The position numbers were made by a program, and so were the translations under genes. The notes below the pieces were generated by a model, which did not search any database, had not been told where the DNA came from, and was given only the letters and a program-made list of their open reading frames with translations. Shown here piece after piece: positions 8,441 through 17,355 of a DNA stretch of 36,933 nt. The stretch is from an uncultured Eubacteriales bacterium. Lineage in GTDB: Bacteria > Bacillota > Clostridia > Oscillospirales > CAG-272. Position 1 is the first letter of the stretch. Each line of letters begins with the position of its first letter. The stretch lies in NCBI GenBank assembly GCA_900550625.1, contig URSW01000001.1:1-36933 (forward strand). Reading direction: 5' to 3'.

Positions 8441-9823
8441 ATGATTTTCAGCCGCGATAGAAACTTCTATAAAACTTTCAATTCGCTTTATTGGATTCTG
8501 ATACTTCATAATACTATCACTTTTTCCGTAAATCTTGCGGACAATGTGATGATCGGGTCATACAGCGAAACCGCACTTTCCGGTGTCGCTGCAGTGAACC
8601 AGATACAGTTTATCTTTCAGCAGATCGTGATGGGGTGCGGAGATGCCGCTGTTGTAATATGCAGTCAGTATTGGGGACAGGGGCGTACCTCCGAAATAAG
8701 AAAAATAATCGGAAGCGCGCTTTATACGGGCGCGGCTTTTTCGGTCATTGTTTTTGCGGCAGTGAGCCTTTTTCCGACTCAGATTGTCGGACTTTTCACA
8801 ACGTCTCCGGCGATTGTTGCGCAGGGAAGTGAATATATAAGAATCATACGCTTTACATACCCGCTGTTTGCGCTTACGAACATTTTTCTTGCGGGGCTGA
8901 GGAGCGTCGAGACCGTTCGTATAGGATTTGTTGTATCGGTTATGACGCTTCTTATAAACTGTTCCGTGAATTATGTGCTGATCGGCGGACATTTCGGCGC
9001 GCCCGAGCTCGGCGTTACCGGTGCGGCAGTCGGTACGCTTGTCGCACGCTTTGCCGAATTTGCAGTCGTTGTTGTTTATGTTTTCTTCATTGACAAAAAG
9101 CTTCGCTCTAAGCTTTCCGATTTCATTAGACCAGGTATTGCCGCAGTTCGGGATTACCTGAAAAATATGTGGAGATTTACTTTGGTCGGCGCGATGTTCG
9201 GCGTTTCGACCGCTCTTCAGACGGTTGTTCTCGGTCATATGCAGGATGCGGCGATTGCGGCAAATTCGGCTGCGACGACTTTGTATCAGGTGCTTAAAGT
9301 CGCTTCGCTCGGAGCATCAAGCGCGGCGGCTGTCATAATAGGAAAACTGATCGGAAGTTCGGACAGTATTGATGAATGTCTGCCGAAACTCAAGGAATAT
9401 GTAAGGACGCTTCAGGCGATTTTCCTTCTGATAGGAATTACCACGGGAGTGCTTCTGTATATCCTCAGAGAACCGGTGCTTTCGCTTTATTCTTCGCTTT
9501 CGCCCGAAGCGTACGCCATGGCGAAACAGTTTATCCTTGTGCTTTGCTTTACCGGTATCGGAACGGCATATGAAATGCCTGTAATAACCGGAATCATACG
9601 CGGCGGCGGAGATTCGTTGTTTGTACTCATAAATGATCTTGTCAGTATATGGGGAATCGTCCTTCCGCTTTCGTTCTGCGCGGCTTTTGTATTCAATTGG
9701 CCGCCTGTCGCGGTTGTGCTTTGTCTCAATTCGGATCAAATTTTCAAATGCGGAGTTGCGGCAATAAAGGCAAACAGATACCATTGGATGAAGAAACTTA
9801 CGCGCGGCGAAAAAGCTGCGTGA
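8441..9823 (+). CDS. MATE-family efflux transporter
   Basis: ORF track 8432..9823, about 12 predicted TM helices with a MatE-like repeat organisation. I prefer ATG 8441, which lies 9 nt after the SD AGAGG (8427-8431). ATG 8432 abuts the SD with no spacing. Confidence 0.8.
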   Translation: MIFSRDRNFYKTFNSLYWILILHNTITFSVNLADNVMIGSYSETALSGVAAVNQIQFIFQQIVMGCGDAAVVICSQYWGQGRTSEIRKIIGSALYTGAAFSVIVFAAVSLFPTQIVGLFTTSPAIVAQGSEYIRIIRFTYPLFALTNIFLAGLRSVETVRIGFVVSVMTLLINCSVNYVLIGGHFGAPELGVTGAAVGTLVARFAEFAVVVVYVFFIDKKLRSKLSDFIRPGIAAVRDYLKNMWRFTLVGAMFGVSTALQTVVLGHMQDAAIAANSAATTLYQVLKVASLGASSAAAVIIGKLIGSSDSIDECLPKLKEYVRTLQAIFLLIGITTGVLLYILREPVLSLYSSLSPEAYAMAKQFILVLCFTGIGTAYEMPVITGIIRGGGDSLFVLINDLVSIWGIVLPLSFCAAFVFNWPPVAVVLCLNSDQIFKCGVAAIKANRYHWMKKLTRGEKAA

Positions 9824-9840
9824 CGAAAAGGAGGAGCGTT

Positions 9841-10278
9841 ATGGACCGTGAAAAGAAGGCAGGAGAGCTTTTTCTTGAGGGAAGAAACTGCGCGCAGGCG
9901 GTATTTGCAGCGTTCTGCGATGCAACGGGTTACAGCGAAAGCGATGCGCTGCGGCTTGCTTCCGCATTCGGCGGAGGTATAGGGGGCTCGCGTGAAACCT
10001 GCGGCGCTGTCTCCGCTATGGCGATGATCGCGGGGGTGATCGCCGGGTATGATTCCGCAAACGATATGGAGGAAAAGAAAAAACTGTATGCTCTTGTAAA
10101 CGGGATGCTTGAAGAGTTTCGGGAAAAGAACGGAAGTACGGTCTGCCGGGAGCTTCTGAAGGGGATCAAGACAAGCCCCGTTCCGTCGGAGCGTACCGAT
10201 GAGTATTACAGAACACGCCCCTGCGTAAGGTTTGTCGAGTCTGCGGCGAGGATTGTTTCGAAAACTTTTGAAATTTGA
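9841..10278 (+). CDS. C_GCAxxG_C_C family protein (putative redox-active protein)
   Basis: Internal ATG 9841 of ORF 9649..10278, preceded by AAAGGAGGAG. Family signature NCAQAVFAAFCD ... GGGIGGSRETCGAVSAMAMIAG ... STVCRELL ... RPCVRFV. Confidence 0.8.
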   Translation: MDREKKAGELFLEGRNCAQAVFAAFCDATGYSESDALRLASAFGGGIGGSRETCGAVSAMAMIAGVIAGYDSANDMEEKKKLYALVNGMLEEFREKNGSTVCRELLKGIKTSPVPSERTDEYYRTRPCVRFVESAARIVSKTFEI

Positions 10279-10310
10279 TTCGGAAGATATGAAAGTTTCT
10301 CCTTCATTTA

Positions 10311-10339
10311 TTGACATACTTCGTACACCGTGTTATAAT
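10311..10339 (+). promoter_or_regulatory. Near-consensus sigma-A promoter for the oxidoreductase/aminotransferase operon
   Basis: TTGACA (10311-10316), a 17-nt spacer ending in TGt, then TATAAT (10334-10339). Confidence 0.6.
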
Positions 10340-10387
10340 TTTGCTGTATGTAAAATCCACTTTCATTAATTAAACGAGGTGCTTGAT

Positions 10388-11524
10388 ATGAGTAAAACTA
10401 TCCGTTTCGGCATTATCGGATGCGGACTTATGGGAAGAGAATTTGCTTCCGCCGCCGCACGCTGGTGCCATCTTACCGAGGACATTACACGCCCGGAGAT
10501 TATCGCGGTATGCGATACGTCGGACAAGGCTAAGGAATGGTTCCGCAAAAATTTCGATACCATCAAATACAATGAATCGGATTATCATAAGATAATCGAA
10601 AATCCGGAAGTGGATGCGGTGTACTGCGCCGTTCCGCATAACCTTCATAAGCAGTTCTATTGTGATATAATCAACGCAGGTAAGCATCTTCTCGGAGAGA
10701 AGCCCTTCGGAATCGACGAAGAGGCGAATGCCGCAATTGTTGCCGCATGTGAAGCTCATCCCGAGGTTACGGTTCGCTGCTCAAGCGAGTTTCCGTATTT
10801 CCCCGGCTGTCAGGAGCTTATCCGCTGGATAAAGGATGACAAGTTCGGCAAGATTATCGAAGTGCGCTCCGCTTTCCGCCATTCGAGCGATATGGATCTG
10901 AAAAAGCCGATCAATTGGAAAAGAATGATCGAGATAAACGGTGAGTACGGATGCATGGGAGACCTCGGAATACATACCGAGCATGTTCCTTTCCGTATGG
11001 GATGGAAGCCGCTCAACGCTTTTGCCAAGCTTTCGAAGATCGTAAAGGAACGTCCGGACGGAAAAGGCGGACGTGTGCCGTGCCTCACATGGGATAACGC
11101 AACGATTTGCTGTGATGTCAAGGATAAGGACGGAGAGATTTTCCCGATGTATCTCGAAACTAAGCGTATGTCGCCCGGATCAACGGATGAATGGGTACTT
11201 GAAGTATACGGAGTTAAAGCTTCTGCCCGCTTCAATTCGTCCGACCCCAATGCGTTCTACTATACCGATTCGTGGGATAAGGAGCAAGCGTGGTGCCGCC
11301 TCGGCATAGGCTTCAAAACCATGCATCCCACCATAACGGGCGGAATTTTCGAGTTCGGATTTACGGATTCTATCCTTCAGATGTGGGCGACGTTTATTTG
11401 CGAGATCGAAGGACGTGAGGTTCCGTTCGGTCTGGTACGTCCCGAAGAAACCCTCCTTTCTCATAAAGTGCAAACTGCCGCTCTCCGTTCTTATAAGGAA
11501 CGCCGTCTCATAGACATAGACTGA
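10388..11524 (+). CDS. Gfo/Idh/MocA-family NAD(P)-dependent oxidoreductase
   Basis: N-terminal Rossmann motif IRFGIIGCGLMGREFA. The EKP motif (LLGEKPFG) is typical of this family. ATG 10388 lies after the SD-like GAGGTG. About 378 aa. Confidence 0.85.
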   Translation: MSKTIRFGIIGCGLMGREFASAAARWCHLTEDITRPEIIAVCDTSDKAKEWFRKNFDTIKYNESDYHKIIENPEVDAVYCAVPHNLHKQFYCDIINAGKHLLGEKPFGIDEEANAAIVAACEAHPEVTVRCSSEFPYFPGCQELIRWIKDDKFGKIIEVRSAFRHSSDMDLKKPINWKRMIEINGEYGCMGDLGIHTEHVPFRMGWKPLNAFAKLSKIVKERPDGKGGRVPCLTWDNATICCDVKDKDGEIFPMYLETKRMSPGSTDEWVLEVYGVKASARFNSSDPNAFYYTDSWDKEQAWCRLGIGFKTMHPTITGGIFEFGFTDSILQMWATFICEIEGREVPFGLVRPEETLLSHKVQTAALRSYKERRLIDID

Positions 11525-11592
11525 GTGCGGACTGCTCAAACCGAAAAATAAAAGAAAGGATGCCTTTGAGCTCAGAGGCCTGTTGAATTGCC

Positions 11593-13134
11593 ATGTTTAT
11601 AAATCAGAAAGTTTCGCTTGAGGATATTCTCGGAAAAGACTATATCGGCGCACTTTGCGCAGCCAACTCCGCGCTCGGAATGATGGACGCCGAGGAAGCT
11701 GCGAAAATCGCATCCGAAAAGATCGATTTTTATTCCGAAGAGGTTCAGAAGAAAAACGACGAGCTCCTTTCCTACGTGGGAAAACAGATAGCTCCCGTTT
11801 TCACTTCCGATACCAAGGGTGCAGGTACCAACGCTTATATGAAGGCTGCCTCCGACCGGATGTCTCCCGTTACCGGATTTGCCAACTACCGACTCGGCGA
11901 AGACGGAAAACTGTATCTGATAGGGAAGAGCGAGCATTATCATACTCCGCTCGGACACCGCTTTAACGGCTACCGTCTTATTGATAACGCGCGCCGTCTC
12001 GGAATACTCAACGCAACCCATAACAATACAAGAGGCTATGTTACCAGATTAATGGAAAAGCGTCTTGTGCAGTCTGCAAACGGCATTGAATGGGAAGACG
12101 AGGTGGCTACCGCAAAGGTTCTTGCTTCGACTGAACCCAAGGTGCTCAACCGTGTTATAAATCTTGAGACCGGAAGCCTTTCGTGTGAAGCGGCATTCAA
12201 GATGATGCTTGCACGCTTTTACAAGCTGGACGCTACATTTGCAGAACCCAAGTATCACGGAAAAACACCTGTGTTCTTCGTGATGGGCGACAAAAACGGC
12301 GGCGTCGAGGGCAACTATCACGGTACGACGGTCCTTCTTCAGACATTCCGCGGTCTGTGGCCGGAATTTCGTGATGCAGCGGAAGAGAACGGACTCTACA
12401 AGGTAGTTCCGGTGATGATCAATGATATCGCTGACTTTGAAGAAAAGATCAAGAAATACAACTCCGGAAACTATAAGACAGCGGGCTTTATGCACGAGAT
12501 AATTCTTATGAATTACGGCGGAATAAGGCTTACGAAGGAATTCCTGCAGGCGGCATACAAGCTTTGCGCCGAGTATGACACTCCCACCATGTGCGATGAG
12601 ATACAGTCGTGCATGTGGTATCGCGGAATGTTCCTGTTCCGTATTTATGGGCTGCATCCCGACTTTGCAATAGTCGGTAAAGGATTCCCCGGCGGAGAGT
12701 ATCCCGCAAGCAAGGTCATAACGACCGCTGAGATGGATATACTGAATCAGTTCGGCGCACTTGTTACCAACGGTCAGGAAGAGCTCGCTTCTCTCGCGTA
12801 CCTTATAACCATGACGTTTATGAGAACAAACGGCGAGGTTGTCGAAAAGCTCGGAGAGAGATTCGAAAGCGGACTTCGCGGCATTATGGAGAGACATTCC
12901 GATATCATCTGTGATGTTGAGGGATTCGGACATCTTGCGGCTATTCATTTCCATTCCGTGGATCAGGCGGCGGCGTTTGCTTCTAAAATGAAGGAGCACT
13001 GCATCGACGCATCGGCGCAGATATACAAGGCAAACTGCCTGCCGGCAATGCTTATGAAACCGCCGATCATTGCTACCGAAGCTACGATAGATAAGATTCT
13101 GAACGTTATGGATGAAATAATCGGACAGGCGTGA
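11593..13134 (+). CDS. Atypical class-III (omega-type) PLP aminotransferase
   Basis: 513 aa. Class-III landmarks are present but divergent: GSLSCEAAFKMMLARF, NYHGTT, CDEIQSCMWYRG (where DEVQTGFGRTG is usual), and PDFAIVGKGFPGG with the candidate Schiff-base Lys. It has a long N-terminal extension of more than 100 aa. It lies 68 nt after the oxidoreductase, with no terminator between them. Confidence 0.75.
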   Translation: MFINQKVSLEDILGKDYIGALCAANSALGMMDAEEAAKIASEKIDFYSEEVQKKNDELLSYVGKQIAPVFTSDTKGAGTNAYMKAASDRMSPVTGFANYRLGEDGKLYLIGKSEHYHTPLGHRFNGYRLIDNARRLGILNATHNNTRGYVTRLMEKRLVQSANGIEWEDEVATAKVLASTEPKVLNRVINLETGSLSCEAAFKMMLARFYKLDATFAEPKYHGKTPVFFVMGDKNGGVEGNYHGTTVLLQTFRGLWPEFRDAAEENGLYKVVPVMINDIADFEEKIKKYNSGNYKTAGFMHEIILMNYGGIRLTKEFLQAAYKLCAEYDTPTMCDEIQSCMWYRGMFLFRIYGLHPDFAIVGKGFPGGEYPASKVITTAEMDILNQFGALVTNGQEELASLAYLITMTFMRTNGEVVEKLGERFESGLRGIMERHSDIICDVEGFGHLAAIHFHSVDQAAAFASKMKEHCIDASAQIYKANCLPAMLMKPPIIATEATIDKILNVMDEIIGQA

Positions 13135-13148
13135 TTTATTGAATCATG

Positions 13149-13196
13149 GGCGCCGACAAAACGGAGATTTATATCCGCTTTGTCGGTGCCTTTTTT
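13149..13196 (+). terminator. Rho-independent terminator of the oxidoreductase/aminotransferase operon
   Basis: A 12-bp stem, GGCGCCGACAAA (13149-13160) with TTTGTCGGTGCC (13179-13190), including one G-U pair. The loop is 18 nt, followed by TTTTTT (13191-13196). Confidence 0.6.
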
Positions 13197-13302
13197 CTTC
13201 GGAAATTTTATGCGAAGAGACATAATTATCGGGTTGCTGTACGCCGGCAAAATATTTAAGTGAATTTATATATGCAAAAGTAAGAAAATTGTCAATTAGC
13301 TC

Positions 13303-13331
13303 TTGACTTTTCCCGATTGATGTGGTATTAT
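13303..13331 (+). promoter_or_regulatory. Sigma-A promoter (extended -10) of the tRNA-Arg gene
   Basis: TTGACT (13303-13308), a 17-nt spacer ending in TGg, then TATTAT (13326-13331), about 20 nt before the tRNA 5' end. Confidence 0.55.
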
Positions 13332-13351
13332 ATATAAGTACTGAAAAATAA

Positions 13352-13428
13352 GCGCCGTTAGCTCAGTTGGATAGAGTGTTTGGCTACGAACCAAAAGGTC
13401 AGGGGTTCGAATCCCTTACGGCGCGCCA
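13352..13428 (+). tRNA. tRNA-Arg (anticodon ACG), CCA encoded
   Basis: Cloverleaf read by eye. Acceptor stem GCGCCGT/ACGGCGC; D-arm AGCTCAGTTGGATAGAGT; anticodon stem-loop TTTGG-CTACGAA-CCAAA; T-arm GGGGTTCGAATCCC; discriminator G, then CCA. Confidence 0.9.
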
Positions 13429-13433
13429 AGAAA

Positions 13434-13462
13434 AAAGGACTTGTGAAAGCAAGTCCTTTTTT
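13434..13462 (+). terminator. Rho-independent terminator after tRNA-Arg
   Basis: Stem AAAGGACTTG (13434-13443) with CAAGTCCTTT (13450-13459), a 6-nt loop, and a T-run continuing to 13462. Confidence 0.75.
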
Positions 13463-13563
13463 CGATTTTATTCGGTCATACGGAACGAATGAAATATCGT
13501 CAATGCTTGAATTAGTATTTTCGGACAAAACGGAATTCTCTTCGCCTGCCAGACAAGATTTTG

Positions 13564-14499
13564 CTATATCAACGTACATGCGGAAAACAGAAGCTCTCTG
13601 AGACCAATGTATATTCGGAAATAATCCGAAAGCGGAAGAGGATTTTTGCCGCGTCCGCATTCGAGGGTGAACGCCGGATTACCGATTTCCCGGACGTACC
13701 AATCCGTCAGCCCGCCGTATGATGCTGTATCCTCGGTTTCGCTGAGCTTGTAAGAACACATTTTTGATATGGTTTTTCCGAGCGCTTTTGACTTATTCGG
13801 TGCGGCATCACCGCCGTAGAATATTTCTTCCCCCTGTGAATGAAACGTCAGCAGCAGTTTTATTGAATCGTCAAATCGCAGCAGACTGCACAGCGCGCCC
13901 GTTTCCGGTTCGCTTTCCGGGTATTCACCGCTGTATTTTCCGGGACCCGGCAGGATATTTCTTTCGCGTTCAAGTGTTTTGTATTCTTTGAACAGAGCGT
14001 TGTAATTGTGGTTGAGGTCCACTCCGCGTGCGTTTGACTGCCACGATTCGAAATCACTGCTTCCTCCGTTCATGATAAGCACGCGCTCTCTGAGAGGAAA
14101 GTGTTCCCACATTCCGCCGATATGAAGATCCACTCCGTCGGGATTCAGCATCGGAACGATCATTATTCTTCTTGACGAGAAGAGATATTTCATGTTGAGA
14201 TTATACATTCGACTGCCGTTCTTTATGCATTCGCAGTATTCGTTTACAAATCGCAGCAGAACAACCGAGCATATCCATTCCATGGCATGGTGGGTTCCGA
14301 CATATAAGACGCTTTTCTGAGCATGGACATCACCGAGCGTAACTAACGGGATGCTTTTGCCGCAAAGACTTTTTCCGATATTTACTACCGATATAAAATC
14401 GTATCTTTCGCAAAAAATCTGCAGATATTCCATCATCATCGAATATGTCAGCGGGGAGGTATAATCGAGAATCGCCCGTTCTCTGTTGATTTCATTCAT
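13564..14499 (-). CDS. M14-family zinc carboxypeptidase (gamma-D-glutamyl-diamino-acid peptidase-like)
   Basis: 311 aa. HxxE zinc motif in VGTHHAMEW; also MLNPDGVD, DLNHNY and LTFHSQGE. This resembles the cell-wall peptide M14 subfamily. No signal peptide is evident. Confidence 0.8.
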   Translation of the reverse strand: MNEINRERAILDYTSPLTYSMMMEYLQIFCERYDFISVVNIGKSLCGKSIPLVTLGDVHAQKSVLYVGTHHAMEWICSVVLLRFVNEYCECIKNGSRMYNLNMKYLFSSRRIMIVPMLNPDGVDLHIGGMWEHFPLRERVLIMNGGSSDFESWQSNARGVDLNHNYNALFKEYKTLERERNILPGPGKYSGEYPESEPETGALCSLLRFDDSIKLLLTFHSQGEEIFYGGDAAPNKSKALGKTISKMCSYKLSETEDTASYGGLTDWYVREIGNPAFTLECGRGKNPLPLSDYFRIYIGLRELLFSACTLI

Positions 14500-14643
14500 T
14501 ATGTATTCTCTTCCTTTCGGTTTATATTCTATTTTTATTCGGATTTTTTCGTAATATGTCTGAATAATTTACAAATCGCCGCTTTCTTTTGTTTACGCAT
14601 TATGCTATCATTAAAAAAATAATCGGTTAGCGGGGAGCCTGTA

Positions 14644-15348
14644 ATGACTGACAATATAAATAAGCCGGACTTTTTTTACCTTAAAAGTTTTTTTTGCATT
14701 TTTATTCCGGCATTAATTGCACGCTGCGTGAGAGTGGCGTATTCTTATACCGCCACTAATGTTATGTCCGATCCAATCGTGACCGATGTGCTTAACTATA
14801 CCGCTGTGGCGTTTACCTGTATTTTTATTGCGGCGGCTTATACTTCGGTGGCAACGGCGGTATATTCCTATTCGCCGTCGAAAGGGATTATCTCTCTTTT
14901 GATATTTTCCGGAGTTTATCTTGCCGACTGCATAGCGAGATTTCTCTTAGACTATATCGGCGGAGAGATTAATTCGTACCGTATAATGCTTGCGTTTATA
15001 TCGCTTTCGGCGGAATTCTTTACCGCGGCGGCACTTGCGTTTGTCGCATGGATGGTCGCTTTTATAGAAAATAAGCTTTATTTCACACATGAGTCGGAAA
15101 ACAGATATTCGGTAAAATCGGCATTGAACGGCGTAATACTTGTTCAGTTTCTTTTGCCGTTTATTAGATGGATATATCGTTCGGTCAAATTCCTTATCGG
15201 TGTGGAATTCATTCCGACGGTTGACGAGGTCAACTCAATAATTTTGGACGGTGTTGTGATCGTTGTCGGCTACGGCATTCTTGCTTTCTTTGTGTCAAGG
15301 ATCGTATATCGCCTTATTTCCAAAAACAATGCAACGGAAAATAAATAA
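14644..15348 (+). CDS. Hypothetical polytopic membrane protein (about 6 TM)
   Basis: 234-aa ORF with several long hydrophobic segments and coding-like composition. I recognise no family. Confidence 0.55.
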   Translation: MTDNINKPDFFYLKSFFCIFIPALIARCVRVAYSYTATNVMSDPIVTDVLNYTAVAFTCIFIAAAYTSVATAVYSYSPSKGIISLLIFSGVYLADCIARFLLDYIGGEINSYRIMLAFISLSAEFFTAAALAFVAWMVAFIENKLYFTHESENRYSVKSALNGVILVQFLLPFIRWIYRSVKFLIGVEFIPTVDEVNSIILDGVVIVVGYGILAFFVSRIVYRLISKNNATENK

Positions 15349-15431
15349 AAACGTAAGAAGCTATTCACTTTTTTTGAGAAATGTGATATAATTTCTATAC
15401 TTCTGAAAAAAGAATGAAAGTTGGAACTGAT

Positions 15432-16631
15432 ATGAAAAGAACAAGAATGTTCGCTTCCGTTTCCGCCGTAATCATAGCGGTGTCGGCGCTGCTTACATCG
15501 TGTGCACAGGCTACCTTCGACGGGGATCTGAGAGTACGTTATGATTATAATCTCAAGGAATACCTTAAGCCCGGAAAGTATTCCGGATTGGAGGTATACA
15601 TCGGTGATACGAACGTAAGCACCGAGGAGATCGATAACAGCGTGAAGAGAAACCGTGTTTTCGGCTGCGATTGGATAGACATTACCGACCGACCGTGCAA
15701 GGACGGCGATATAATAGGTATTGCATACCAAGGATATCTTGCCGGAGACGGTGATAAGAAGGATCGCATGATTTCCGCTATTTCTAAGGGATTTGCAAAC
15801 GGTGAGCCTATGGACGAGCTTGAGGGAAGTCAAAAGGTGCTTTCGGTTGTTGTTGGAAGTGATGACCTTTTCCCCGGTTTTGACGATCAGGTTACAGGAC
15901 AGTTTAGTGTCGGCGAACGAAAAACCTTGACGTACACTCTCCCCGATCCGTGCTGGCAATACCCGGCATATGCGGGCGAGACTATAGAGCTTGATGTAAT
16001 CTGCACATATATTCAGGAGATTATCTATCCCGAAGACGGTTCCGTTATGGGATATGATTCCGAAGAGAGCTACAGAGCTTCTGCCGCTTCAACTCTTCAG
16101 CGCACGAGAAATGAGCAGATCGAGAGCTATGTTAATACAAGAGTGTGGATCCAGATTCACGACAACTTCAAGGTGAAAAAGTATCCCGAAAAGGAACTCG
16201 AGGAAGCTAAAAATTCGATTCTTGCCGGAGTAGAGGAGAGTGCGCGTAAAGCGGAACAGACGCTTGAAGAATATGTGAAGGAAAAGTACTACCAGACAGT
16301 GGATGAATTCAATGCTGCGGTGCAGAAGCAGGCAGAAGAAAAGGTCAAGGACGAGATGATAGTATATTATATAGCGCGTCAGGAAAAGATGGCAATTACC
16401 GATTCCGTGTATTCCGAAAAGGCTCTTGAGATAGCCCAGGATGAGGGATACGGTGATCTTGACATGTATATTGCTTACAGAGCTTACAGTCTCGGATATC
16501 TGACGACCGATGAAGAGGTTACGGATGAGATAAGACAAAAAGCCGTGGACAATCTGAAGGAAACCATACTTCGCAACATGGTTGATGATTTTGTTTACGA
16601 GAATACCGTACAGGCTACGACCAAAAAGTGA
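15432..16631 (+). CDS. Lipoprotein with trigger-factor-like FKBP (PPIase) and C-terminal chaperone domains
   Basis: ORF 15414..16631. Signal peptide MKRTRMFASVSAVIIAVSALLTSC with lipobox L-T-S-C. FKBP-like core KDGDIIGIAYQGYLAGDG ... VVVGSDDLFPGFDDQVTGQFSVGERKTLTYTLP. A helical, Glu/Lys-rich C-terminal domain (EKELEEAKNSILAGVEES..MIVYYIARQEKMAITD) resembles the trigger factor C-domain. ATG 15432 is chosen; 15414 is also possible. Confidence 0.7.
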   Translation: MKRTRMFASVSAVIIAVSALLTSCAQATFDGDLRVRYDYNLKEYLKPGKYSGLEVYIGDTNVSTEEIDNSVKRNRVFGCDWIDITDRPCKDGDIIGIAYQGYLAGDGDKKDRMISAISKGFANGEPMDELEGSQKVLSVVVGSDDLFPGFDDQVTGQFSVGERKTLTYTLPDPCWQYPAYAGETIELDVICTYIQEIIYPEDGSVMGYDSEESYRASAASTLQRTRNEQIESYVNTRVWIQIHDNFKVKKYPEKELEEAKNSILAGVEESARKAEQTLEEYVKEKYYQTVDEFNAAVQKQAEEKVKDEMIVYYIARQEKMAITDSVYSEKALEIAQDEGYGDLDMYIAYRAYSLGYLTTDEEVTDEIRQKAVDNLKETILRNMVDDFVYENTVQATTKK

Positions 16632-16783
16632 TTTTCAGTATCAAAACCTACCGTGAGAATATGTGCAGCAGCGGCGGACACATTCATGACGTTGAAAACG
16701 GTTCTTTTTGAGTGAAACAAGCTTTTCGCGGCAGACAGAGGGTATAATCACTGCCCGAGAAAAAAACGGAATAATTTCATATT

Positions 16784-16811
16784 AAGCATCTGCTTCGGCA
16801 GGTGCTTTTTT
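16784..16811 (+). terminator. Rho-independent terminator (UUCG tetraloop) downstream of the lipoprotein gene
   Basis: AAGCATCTGC (16784-16793), loop TTCG, GCAGGTGCTT (16798-16807), then a T-run to 16811. The stem is 10 bp with one G-U pair. Confidence 0.7.
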
Positions 16812-16878
16812 CCGGAAATCAGAAAATCTTTCTTGACAACCTACCGTTCGATAGTAGTAATGGTGATATTAGTTGTAG

Positions 16879-17333
16879 GATGGAAATCGAAATGATGGAA
16901 TCCGCAAAGCATCTCTGTACAGCCATTTCGGAAGCAAGCAGGAAATTCTTGATGCACTTGTTGAAACAGTGACGGAACAGTACAACAGGCATTCTATTTT
17001 TTGCAATGGCGGATTGGGATGATCGGGTCTTCACAAGGGATTCGGGTCTTTACAAGGGATAAGGAAGATATCGCGCCGGATGCTGCGATACAAATAATCT
17101 TAGGACATGTACGTTATATACCGCATGATCCGCTGATCTGCAAGTCCCTCAATATGCTGACCGTTGAGCAGTTTCAAAATCCAAAGCTGAACGCATTGCA
17201 GACCAAGTAGAATTATACGGATGTCATTCGGTATTTCACCGGGTTCATCCGCTTTCTAATCCGTTAGGGTAAGCTGAATGATGACGATCCGGAGATCATG
17301 GCGGCACAGCTTTGTTTTCCTGTTTTCATCTGA
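16879..17333 (+). pseudogene. Decayed TetR/AcrR-family regulator with an N-terminal truncation, two frameshifts and two in-frame TAG codons
   Basis: Three frames together read (ND)GIRKASLYSHFGSKQEILDALVETVTEQYNRHSIF / AMADWDDRVFTRD / KEDIAPDAAIQIILGHVRYIPHDPLICKSLNMLTVEQFQNPKLNALQTK*NYTDVIRYFTGFIRFLIR*GKLNDDDPEIMAAQLCFPVFI. IRKASLYSHF is the end of a TetR HTH. About 35 aa of N-terminus are missing. Confidence 0.75.
17022..17059 (+). repeat. 19-nt tandem duplication inside the TetR pseudogene
   Basis: ATCGGGTCTTCACAAGGGA (17022-17040) is followed directly by TTCGGGTCTTTACAAGGGA (17041-17059), 17/19 identical. The length is not a multiple of 3. Deleting one copy restores the reading frame DWDDRVFTRDKEDIAPD. 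Confidence 0.8.
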
Positions 17334-17355
17334 AATTTCTTACTACTCCATATAT

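Noticed and set aside
13303-13563. The stand-alone tRNA-Arg(ACG) as a genomic-island integration site.
   Set aside because: There is no integrase, no direct repeat of the tRNA 3' end, and no compositional shift downstream. The flanking genes are ordinary metabolic and cell-wall genes, and the tRNA has its own promoter and terminator.
16743-16811. A TATAAT at 16743-16748 together with the terminator at 16784-16811, which could define a small RNA of about 57 nt.
   Set aside because: There is no acceptable -35 or TG extension. The simpler reading is that the hairpin is the distal terminator of the lipoprotein gene. The 16-codon ORF at 16661 has no SD.
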